A stretch of DNA of 16,621 nt from an uncultured Myxococcales bacterium (lineage in GTDB: Bacteria; Myxococcota; UBA4151), in assembly GCA_964013405.1 (NCBI GenBank), contig CAXGWI010000074.1:1-16621 (forward strand). Reading direction: 5' to 3'. Positions 1 through 7,487 of the stretch are shown piece after piece. Both the position numbers and the translations under genes were made by a program. The number at the start of each line of letters is the position of its first letter. Position 1 is the first letter of the stretch. The notes below the pieces were generated by a model, which was given only the letters and a program-made list of their open reading frames with translations, searched no databases and had not been told where the DNA came from.

Positions 1-1
1 T

Positions 2-604
2 GTCTCGGGGGACACAGGCGCCCTGCTGATCACAGCGTTCGTGGGCAGCACATTCTTCATCGGATTGGCAGAGGCCGTCGTCGATCTCTCGGCATTGGCC
101 ACCGACGCACTCATGATTTGCAGGACAGTGCTGGGGCCCCTCGCAGTCGATACAGCGACCCATCGGTGCGCCCTCAGCGATCTCACAGGCGATCTCACAG
201 ACCGAGTCGTCTCGGCACCGGCCTGGGGGCAGGGGGACACACATTTCATCGCGCACATTGCAGTAGGCATGGGCTGGACAATCGCTATGGGCTCGGCATG
301 GCCCCAAAGGTCCGGCATCCTCGGGGGCAACGGTACCCGCGTCGATCGCTCCGACCGGGCCGCTATCTGCCGATGCACCGCCCCGGTCGTCAGCGCTCGC
401 ATCCAAGGTCTCCCTCGGCCCGGTGTCCCGCCCCGGTCCCGCATCGAAGGTCGGCGGAAAAACACAGGCGCTGTTGAAGCAAATGTAGCCTTCTTCGCAT
501 TGATCATCGACAAGACAGCCATTGCCTGCATCTGGCCTTTCAGTGGAGGCTGTGGGGCAGGCACAGAGCACCAGGAGTGCGATGGGCAACAATCGGTTTT
601 GCAT
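2..604 (-). CDS. Cys-rich repeat lipoprotein, N-terminal 201 codons (runs off the left edge; absent from the ORF track)
   Basis: Manual translation from ATG at 604: MQNRLLPIALLVLCAC-PTASTERPDAGNGCLVDDQCEEGYICFNSACVFPPTFDAGPG...PCRAHSDCPAHAYCNVRDEMCVPLPPGRCRDDSVCEIAC...CQSDEECAAHERCDQQGACVPRD, with no stop before the edge. Lipobox-like L-C-A-C16, DAG-rich linker and C-x5-C-x5-C-x4/6-C repeats. SD AAGGAG at 615-610; the upstream gene's TAG (609-607) ends 2 nt before the ATG. Confidence 0.9.
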   Translation of the reverse strand, partial: MQNRLLPIALLVLCACPTASTERPDAGNGCLVDDQCEEGYICFNSACVFPPTFDAGPGRDTGPRETLDASADDRGGASADSGPVGAIDAGTVAPEDAGPLGPCRAHSDCPAHAYCNVRDEMCVPLPPGRCRDDSVCEIACEIAEGAPMGRCIDCEGPQHCPANHECVGGQCREIDDGLCQSDEECAAHERCDQQGACVPRD

Positions 605-606
605 CA

Positions 607-2850
607 CTACTCCTTGGTGAGGTCCATCCCGCCGGGATACGCGTAACTGACATCATTGCTGTACGCATAGACGAGGATCCCGAAGGGCTGTCCGGTCAAG
701 TCGAGGATATTGTGCTGTCCCGACCCCAACAAGACCGTGGAGCGATACCATGGACTGCTGCCGATCCGGGCGGCGTCTTCGATGAGAAAGGGGGTGCGGC
801 CCCGGTCGCCCATCTCTAAGTCGTTCACGCCGACCCCGTCGAGCTCGAGAATCGCACCGCCGCTGTGGATGATGGTCACGTACTGCACCGCATAGGTTTC
901 CGGCGTGAGGAAGGTGTATTCGGATCGGTACTGAGCGGTGGGCGGGATGGCCATCATCGAGGGATCGCCGGAATTGGGTGGCGGGTAAGAGAGAACGCCA
1001 CAGTTGGCGTCGCCCGTCGTACAGCCTGAACTGATGAACTGGGTCATGGCGAATTTACCAGTGCCCGTGGCTTGAAAGTCCTGTTTCGTGCCAAATTCAC
1101 ACCACTCGCCGGGGCCAAGGATCAGGGTGTCCCCCTCGGCCAGATCCAGGCAACCGTAGAGGCCACCCTTGATGGGGCCTAGACTCGCGATGCCCCGAAG
1201 CGGCGGATCAAAGGTGATCTCCGTCGCTTCCGAGGCCATCAGTCGGTAATAATTGGCTTCTGCCCGGGTGTTCGCCCGCCAGACGGTGTGGGCGCCCACG
1301 TAACGGTTGCGCCAGGTTTCCACGGGGAGATTCACCGTCTCAAGGTGATCGCAGGCAAGATAGCCCTCGGGCACGTAGGCGCAGAGATGGCCTCCGAAGA
1401 CGCCGATCTCTTCACTAGCGAGCACTTCGACGCCGGTGAGATCGGCTCGCATTGGGTCGGGATCAGCAACGCTCATGATGGTGAGCACATCGTAGGGATC
1501 GACGGTGACAAAGAGGCTGTCACCCTCCTCTCGGGCCTCGGGGATCGTTTGGAAGACCCGGTTGCCCATGCGTAATTCGACCTCAGCACGACGCTCACCA
1601 CCGACGATGCTGATCCAGCCTTCGAGTCGCTCTGATTGCCCCTGAAAGGTCCAATCCACGTGGGTATGACTGAAGGTGTAATAGTGCCGGCCCTGGGAGC
1701 CGGCTGGCAACAGGATGGTCGCATCGTTGGTAAAGGTCCAGGAACAGCACAGTGGCTGAAATTGATAGGCGGTCACCGGTGCTGTGGTCACCACCTTATA
1801 GGCCCGAGGCGCCAGTTCCGATGTGTAGGTTGCTTGGCCGCCCTCAAGGATGGTGCCGGCGGATTTCGGCGGCAAAATCATGGTGAGTTGCCCCTGGGCT
1901 GGAAGCACCAAGTTCTGCGCTTCGCCCCGCAGTCGCATTTGTCGGCCGCCGGCGGTGCGGGATTCGGAATAGACCGTCTGGCTCGGTGCCCCCCCTCGAC
2001 CACCGATATTGCGTACGTTTTGGCTCGCCACCAACTGGACCACCTGATCTTCGCCATCGTCGCCACGCTCGGTGACGGTCACCTGGACTTCGTAGGCGTT
2101 GGGGTTGGCAAGGACGACGGCATAGGGGTGGTTTGCTTGGACCCGTTGGTTGTCGGAGTAGTTGGGTAGGTCGACGGCGAAAAAGGTACAGCCATCGTAG
2201 GAACTGCGTTCCCGGGCGAGCTCGCAGGCCGGAATGCAGATGCCACCGCTGCAACTCTCGCCGGGTTGGCATTCTGTGACACCGGTAAAGCTTAACTCAT
2301 CTTCCGCACAGACCCCGAAGCTCGTGTCATCGATGCAGGAGACTCGACCGGCATGGCAGAGGGTGCGGCGGCAGATGCCTTCGGCGCAAACCTCGTCCCG
2401 ATCGCAGGCTTCGGTCACCCAGCCCGAGCTCTGCTCATTACAGACTTCCCGGGCGCCATCCTCGTTACAGCGACGCTCACCAGCCTGGCAGATTGGATCC
2501 TCACACTCACCGATATTCACACAGCGTTGACCGTTCTCACAGGGAAGCTCTTCGAACCAACGCCCCCGATCTTCGCATTGTTCTCGGACCCCTTCGTCGT
2601 TGCAACGCAAGGCCCCGGCCACGCAGACCGGGTCCATGCACTCGCCGTCTTGGCAAAACTGACCGGCTCCACAGGGCAGATCGATGAAGCGTCCAAAGCT
2701 ACAGACTTGCGAGGTGCCGTCGTCTTTGCACTGCCGTTCATCGGCCGCACATTCGTTGGGTGGGCCCGAGCCAGCGTCGACTTCAGTCGGTGCTTCCGTT
2801 TGGGGGCAGGCGAGTATGAAGGCGAGAATCCAAAGACTGCGTTTTCTCAT
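607..2850 (-). CDS. Lipoprotein with 4 N-terminal 6-Cys repeats and a C-terminal IgGFc-binding-protein N-terminal-like domain
   Basis: 747 aa; signal MRKRSLWILAFILA-C15. Motifs typical of bacterial IgGFc_binding-domain proteins: GCTFFAVDLPN, TNDATILLP, DLTGVEVLASEEIGVFGGHLCAYVP, CDHLE..LPVETW, GDPSMMAIPPTAQYRSEYTFLTP and terminal SYAYPGG. Confidence 0.85.
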   Translation of the reverse strand: MRKRSLWILAFILACPQTEAPTEVDAGSGPPNECAADERQCKDDGTSQVCSFGRFIDLPCGAGQFCQDGECMDPVCVAGALRCNDEGVREQCEDRGRWFEELPCENGQRCVNIGECEDPICQAGERRCNEDGAREVCNEQSSGWVTEACDRDEVCAEGICRRTLCHAGRVSCIDDTSFGVCAEDELSFTGVTECQPGESCSGGICIPACELARERSSYDGCTFFAVDLPNYSDNQRVQANHPYAVVLANPNAYEVQVTVTERGDDGEDQVVQLVASQNVRNIGGRGGAPSQTVYSESRTAGGRQMRLRGEAQNLVLPAQGQLTMILPPKSAGTILEGGQATYTSELAPRAYKVVTTAPVTAYQFQPLCCSWTFTNDATILLPAGSQGRHYYTFSHTHVDWTFQGQSERLEGWISIVGGERRAEVELRMGNRVFQTIPEAREEGDSLFVTVDPYDVLTIMSVADPDPMRADLTGVEVLASEEIGVFGGHLCAYVPEGYLACDHLETVNLPVETWRNRYVGAHTVWRANTRAEANYYRLMASEATEITFDPPLRGIASLGPIKGGLYGCLDLAEGDTLILGPGEWCEFGTKQDFQATGTGKFAMTQFISSGCTTGDANCGVLSYPPPNSGDPSMMAIPPTAQYRSEYTFLTPETYAVQYVTIIHSGGAILELDGVGVNDLEMGDRGRTPFLIEDAARIGSSPWYRSTVLLGSGQHNILDLTGQPFGILVYAYSNDVSYAYPGGMDLTKE
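2236..2751 (-). repeat. Four tandem ~43-aa protein repeats C-x6-C-x8-C-x9/12-C-x5-C-x4/5-C
   Basis: CAADERQCKDDGTSQVC.., CVAGALRCNDEGVREQC.., CQAGERRCNEDGAREVC.., CHAGRVSCIDDTSFGVC.., read from the translation. Confidence 0.85.
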
Positions 2851-2862
2851 CGATTCTCCCGA

Positions 2863-4401
2863 TTATTTTTCGGCGATGCCTATGTCGGGTGCTGAGCCGA
2901 CGATGGGGATCCCCGCGATGGGGACCCCTCGATCCACAAGGTTAATGCCGCTGACGTTGCCCAGGTCGAGGGCCATGAAGCTGACGGCCTCGGCAAGGAT
3001 CGAGTCTGCTAAGCGCCCCCCATTGATCCAATCCAAGACACTGCTTTGCTCGTTGCCGACTCGCCCTTCGGCCGCGCCGCTACCCCGAGCGAAGGCGTTG
3101 TAGTCGAAGCGGTCGACGTTTTCCCATACCGTGAAGTTGAAACTTCGCACTTCATGCTCATGGAAGAGATTGTTGCGGACCTGAATGTCCCGGTTCTCAA
3201 ACTCGTCGCCGTGGATGGTGAGACCGCTGTCATATTGACTGATGATATTGTGGTAGACGCGGACGTCCTTAACCGTCGTGAGGACCAGGCCAGAGGTACG
3301 TGTGGCGAGCTGTGAGACCATATAATTGCGCATAACCAACACGTCGTTAGGTACCAGGGCTTCGGCCACGGCATCGTGCACGCCCTGACCGATCCAGAGG
3401 GCCCTTGTACACTCAGCTAGATGATTGTTTTCCAGTTGGGCATCGGTGACAGCCCCCTGAATCTTGATGCAAGCACTGTTTTCCCGTTGGAGATGGTTCC
3501 ACACCCGCAGCGCCTGGACTTCCACTTCGCGGCCGTCCCTGAGTTCGAGGCCGTCGTCGCCATTGTCATGGAAGCGACTACTGTGGATGCTCAGGTCGGT
3601 GGGCGCCCCTAGGGGGCGATCTTCGAAGCCGGCTGGGGGATCTCGATGGTTGGGGAGATGGAGGCCGTCGGCACTGTTGTCATGAACCCGTAGACCGGCC
3701 AGTTCCAAGCCGTCGACGTTGCCATAAATCCGGAGGCCATCGGCCGCATTGTCCCCATCCCCGTTGTTGTCGATCTGGGCGTTGATGAGCTTGGAACTTC
3801 GCAAGTCAGGACCGAAGGCGATGCCCACCCTTCGAGCACCTGTGGCCCGAAGGCCTGCCAGGATCACATGGCTCGCCGGGCTATTGCTGGCGATGCCGGC
3901 GACGTGGACTGCCCGGTCGACTCGAGACTCTGCATCGATGTCCAGCCCCTGAATCATCCAATGGGAGCGGTTCAAACGCAGGACTGGAACATCTTGGTCA
4001 TCCCCCGGCGTCAGTGTTGCGCCCGGCTCAGCAATCACTTGAATCGGCGCATCCTCTTCACCGCGCTGGCACAAATCATCGACGGCAAAATGACCGCGAA
4101 AGACACCTTTCTTGACCACCAAACGATCGCCAGGCTCCAGAGCTCGGAGGGCGACTTGAAGGTCCTCGAAGGGGGCCTCCTCGGTTCCGATTCCGCCAGG
4201 CACGCCCGCGGGGTCGGCATAGCGGGTCCGCAGGGGCTCCGGCAGGGTCGGGGAAGGCGTGGCTTCCATCGCGGGGAAGGCCTCCCCGAGCACCATGACC
4301 GTAGGCTCCTCAAGCAGCCGGTCCGCAGCCAGCGGAATGGTGCCCGTAGGCTCGACACACGCGAGTGTGAGAACGAGGATGATGCTGCTGCGTCCAGTCA
4401 T
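2863..4401 (-). CDS. Lipoprotein with right-handed parallel beta-helix (pectin-lyase-like fold) repeats
   Basis: 512 aa; signal MTGRSSIILVLTLA-C15. N-terminal cap ADPAG..GIGTEEAPFEDLQVAL..LEPGDRLVVKKG, PbH1-like repeats (IDNNGDG..DGLRI, VHDNSADGLHL, FHDNGDDGLEL, VYHNII, VRNNLF) and C-terminal GSAPDIG motif. GAGG upstream of the ATG. Confidence 0.85.
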   Translation of the reverse strand: MTGRSSIILVLTLACVEPTGTIPLAADRLLEEPTVMVLGEAFPAMEATPSPTLPEPLRTRYADPAGVPGGIGTEEAPFEDLQVALRALEPGDRLVVKKGVFRGHFAVDDLCQRGEEDAPIQVIAEPGATLTPGDDQDVPVLRLNRSHWMIQGLDIDAESRVDRAVHVAGIASNSPASHVILAGLRATGARRVGIAFGPDLRSSKLINAQIDNNGDGDNAADGLRIYGNVDGLELAGLRVHDNSADGLHLPNHRDPPAGFEDRPLGAPTDLSIHSSRFHDNGDDGLELRDGREVEVQALRVWNHLQRENSACIKIQGAVTDAQLENNHLAECTRALWIGQGVHDAVAEALVPNDVLVMRNYMVSQLATRTSGLVLTTVKDVRVYHNIISQYDSGLTIHGDEFENRDIQVRNNLFHEHEVRSFNFTVWENVDRFDYNAFARGSGAAEGRVGNEQSSVLDWINGGRLADSILAEAVSFMALDLGNVSGINLVDRGVPIAGIPIVGSAPDIGIAEK

Positions 4402-4461
4402 GATGATACCCTCGCCCCCAAGCAGCTTAGAACCCTACCGGTAGCAGGACAAGTTCAACAG

Positions 4462-4490
4462 TTGAGGGATCGAGCAGGAGGTGACAGAAT
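4462..4490 (+). promoter_or_regulatory. Putative sigma70-type promoter for the 4518 gene
   Basis: TTGAGG (4462-4467), 17-nt spacer, CAGAAT (4485-4490) preceded by TG at 4482-4483 (extended -10), within the 116-bp divergent intergenic region. Pattern match only. Confidence 0.3.
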
Positions 4491-4517
4491 ACCACCGCCT
4501 AAGGAAATGGAGTTGGC

Positions 4518-6392
4518 ATGCGCTCCCTGCTCTTTTTTTGTCTCATTTTGGCTGCATGTATTCCCGATGATAGCGGGATCGGTCCCGATGGGCGCCCCAC
4601 TGGGCTTTGTGTCGCTTCCCGCTTAGCCTGCCACGATAATATGGTGAAGCAGTGCACACCTGATGGTCAGCAGCGGGTCATCGTGACCCGTTGTGGCGAG
4701 GATCAGTACTGTTCCCAGGCTGCCTGCCATGATCGAATCTGCGAGCCTTATCTCCGTCGTTGTGACGAGGGCATTGTCTTACTTTGTGACCAGCGGGGGA
4801 GCCGGGAGTCAGCTCTGATCGATGGGGATTGCGCCGGGCTCGGGCTGCAGTGTGACGATGGGCGCTGTGTCCGCCAACCCTGTGACCCTGCTTGTGGTGA
4901 AGGGATGTATTGCGATGGCGAAGGCACTTGTCTCAATCAACAATGCCAGCCCATGGTTCGAGGTTGCGTCGAGAACAGCGTCAGGACCTGTAACCAGTGG
5001 GGTTCTGGTTACCTAGAGGAGCTCGACGAGGACTGTGGCGATCGGGCCCAATGCCTCGCAGACGCTTGTGTCCCCGTCGCCGGCGGTGATGCGGGCCCCC
5101 GCCCCGATGCCGGTGGTGGCAGTGGAGGTGGCTGTGCGAGCCATGAGGAGTGCCCGGTCCATCAAATTTGTAATGCCCATAGCCGGCAGTGCGAGAACCT
5201 GACGCCCCCGGCTTGCCGTGACAACACCCAATGCCCGCCAGGCCAATTTTGCGAGCGGACGCCTCAGCAGGAGGTGGGCCAATGCCAGTTTGGTCAGCCC
5301 CAGTGCCGGGAGGATGGGGATTGCGATGCCGGCCTGGTTTGTCAGCGGGGCCACTGCATCGAGGCCGGTAGCGGCGGTTGTACGACCGACGTTGAATGCG
5401 GTTCGGGTCGCATCTGTGTGGATGCAGCCTGTGTGGTTGGATGCCGCGGCGATGGGGACTGTGCCGAGGGGCATTTATGTCGGGATGGGGCCTGCGTTCC
5501 GAGTCAGGCCGAATGCACTCGACACAGCGATTGCGCTGCGGATCAGGCCTGCTTGAACAGTGCCTGCATTCGGCCTGTGACCCGACAAGGACAGGCCTGT
5601 GGGGCCGATGGAGACTGCGGCTGGGGCGAGCGCTGTTTCTCCTTTAACGAGCAAGCTGCGGTCTGCATGGGCACCTGCGGGACGGGAAGCGACTGCCCAG
5701 AGCGGAGTATCTGCATGGCGGCCTTGGGTGCCCGGCTCTGCGTTCCGGACACGGTGGCCTCACCCAATGGGGGACAGGCGACTCTGAACAATGGGGAAGC
5801 CTGCGAGCCCGCCGGTGCGACATTGTGCAAATCGGCCCTGTGCACGGGGACCCCGAGCACGTGTCGAGCCAATTGTGGCAGCGACCGGCATTGTCAGGGG
5901 CAACAGGTCTGTACCCATCTCAACCAGGGCAATGGTGAGACCGCTTACCTGCTCGATATCTGTGCTGATCCCGGCGAGTTTGGTCAGCGACCCGGTGCCA
6001 ACGGGCCGGGGGAAAACTGTGCGACGGGAGATGCATGTGCATCGGGCATTTGTTTGGATGGCAGTTGTCGGCAGCCATGTTGTACCAGTGGTGAATGCCC
6101 CAATCGACACATCTGTCGCCAAGAGCGGGTTCCCGTGCCTGGGGCCAGTGACTGGCAGGTCAATCTCTGCATCCCGGTACCACCGGCCTTTACCCTGGGG
6201 ACCTCCGTCGGGGGCGCCACCTGTGCGGTCGCCGGCGACTGTCGCAGCGGGATTTGCACTTCCGGTCGTTGTGTCGACGCCTGCTGTGGTCGCCGTGACT
6301 GTGCGGGCCTTGCCGCCTGTACCGCGAGTGACATGGGCCAAGGAGGCGACGCCCTGATGAACCTTTGTATTACGCCTGAGGTGCCGGGGTGA
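4518..6392 (+). CDS. Highly Cys-rich multi-repeat lipoprotein (no catalytic domain recognised)
   Basis: 624 aa; SD GGAG upstream; signal MRSLLFFCLILAA-C14; 82 Cys by manual count. Three 6-Cys repeats, a GDAGPRPDAGGG linker, about 8 C-x5-C-x5-C-xn-C repeats, then about 3 G..C..C.SG.C..C...C(C) modules. Confidence 0.88.
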   Translation: MRSLLFFCLILAACIPDDSGIGPDGRPTGLCVASRLACHDNMVKQCTPDGQQRVIVTRCGEDQYCSQAACHDRICEPYLRRCDEGIVLLCDQRGSRESALIDGDCAGLGLQCDDGRCVRQPCDPACGEGMYCDGEGTCLNQQCQPMVRGCVENSVRTCNQWGSGYLEELDEDCGDRAQCLADACVPVAGGDAGPRPDAGGGSGGGCASHEECPVHQICNAHSRQCENLTPPACRDNTQCPPGQFCERTPQQEVGQCQFGQPQCREDGDCDAGLVCQRGHCIEAGSGGCTTDVECGSGRICVDAACVVGCRGDGDCAEGHLCRDGACVPSQAECTRHSDCAADQACLNSACIRPVTRQGQACGADGDCGWGERCFSFNEQAAVCMGTCGTGSDCPERSICMAALGARLCVPDTVASPNGGQATLNNGEACEPAGATLCKSALCTGTPSTCRANCGSDRHCQGQQVCTHLNQGNGETAYLLDICADPGEFGQRPGANGPGENCATGDACASGICLDGSCRQPCCTSGECPNRHICRQERVPVPGASDWQVNLCIPVPPAFTLGTSVGGATCAVAGDCRSGICTSGRCVDACCGRRDCAGLAACTASDMGQGGDALMNLCITPEVPG

Positions 6393-6573
6393 TCGGGGGC
6401 GGACCGGAAACGGCGCCGAAGCCGGGGCAGGTCAAAACCGGCAACTGAGGGTATTTCGTCAGGCCGGGCATCGTCTTCGCCCGCTGACAGAGCAGGAAGC
6501 GTGAGCCCCGCCTATTTCCGATGAGGCGGGCGTGGACGCACTGGGCACAGAGGCCTAGTTCGGCAGGAGCCAC
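6370..6573 (-). CDS. Small hypothetical Cys4 protein (putative metal-binding)
   Basis: 67 aa: GLCAQCVHARLIGNRRGSRFLLC...KYPQLPVLTCPGF (C-x2-C-x16-C-x19-C). Resembles, from recall, a conserved small bacterial hypothetical family. The GTG start overlaps the 3' end of the upstream same-strand gene by 19 nt. Confidence 0.7.
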   Translation of the reverse strand: MAPAELGLCAQCVHARLIGNRRGSRFLLCQRAKTMPGLTKYPQLPVLTCPGFGAVSGPPPITPAPQA

Positions 6574-7487
6574 GGGATGACGCTCGCAAGGTCAGGGTGT
6601 TCGAAGGTAAACCCTCCGTCCAAGAGTCGCGTGGGCAGGGCACCGCAACTGGGAAGTAAAAGGTCATCGGCCACACCGCCGGTGACCAGTCGAAGCCCCC
6701 AGGCCGGCGCCGGGAGGAAACAGGGCCTACCCAACTGTTTGGCGAGCGCCCGGCTCAGGTCGATTTGGGCACAGGGCGTCGGTGCCGTCAGGTTCACCGG
6801 GCCTTCGATGGGGTGGTCGGCGAGAAAGATCATGGCTCGGCTTGCATCCAGTGCACTTAACCAAGCCCAAAGTTGATCGCCGGAACCGAGTCGCCCGCCC
6901 GCGCCCATTTTGATGGGCCCGAGCAATTTCTGGAAGGCCGGGGCGTCGGGGGCGAGCACCAAGCCAAGCCGAAGAAATGTCATGGAAGCACCGTGATCTC
7001 GAGCGGGTTCGGCGGCCGCTTCCCAGCGTTCACAGACCTCGCTCAGGAACATCGTTCCAGCCGGGCTCGCTTCGGTCACGGTTTCTTGGTCGCAGTCGCC
7101 GTAGTAGCCGACAGCGGAGGCCTGAAGCCATCTGGGTGGCGGTGCCTGACACGCGAGATAAGCAGCAACGAGACATTGGGTGGCCTTGAGCCGACTCTCC
7201 AGGACTCGTTCTCGGTGGGCCTGTCCGAGACGTCCATCAGCCAGACTCGAGCCGGCGAGGTTGACCAGAACGTCAGTCCCTTCAAGAGCATCCCGCAGGG
7301 GTTTCAAGCCACCGTTCTTGCCCTCGGCGTTCTCCTGGGGGTTCCAGCGCACCACGCGCTCGTTTTGCTCCGTCGATCGAAGCCCAGATCGGGAGAAGAT
7401 GGTGACGTCATGCCCTAAGGCCGCCAGGGCTTGCCGAAGATGGCGCCCAACGACACCGGAGGCGCCGGCGATAACCCAGTGACTCAC
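6555..7487 (-). CDS. TIGR01777/YfcH-family NAD(P)-dependent epimerase-like oxidoreductase (atypical SDR, DUF1731-type C-terminus)
   Basis: 310 aa; Rossmann IAGASGVVG, VLVNLAG, ESRLKAT, ASAVGYYG, FLSEVCERWE, LRLGLVL, GGRLGSGDQLWAW, GPVNLTAP, PTRLLDGGFTFEHP. GTGA overlap with the amidase stop. Confidence 0.93.
   Translation of the reverse strand: MSHWVIAGASGVVGRHLRQALAALGHDVTIFSRSGLRSTEQNERVVRWNPQENAEGKNGGLKPLRDALEGTDVLVNLAGSSLADGRLGQAHRERVLESRLKATQCLVAAYLACQAPPPRWLQASAVGYYGDCDQETVTEASPAGTMFLSEVCERWEAAAEPARDHGASMTFLRLGLVLAPDAPAFQKLLGPIKMGAGGRLGSGDQLWAWLSALDASRAMIFLADHPIEGPVNLTAPTPCAQIDLSRALAKQLGRPCFLPAPAWGLRLVTGGVADDLLLPSCGALPTRLLDGGFTFEHPDLASVIPWLLPN

Noticed and set aside
41..646. 201-aa + strand ORF (and 118-477)
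   Set aside because: Antisense shadow of the real - strand Cys-rich lipoprotein, which has an SD, a lipobox and operon coupling.
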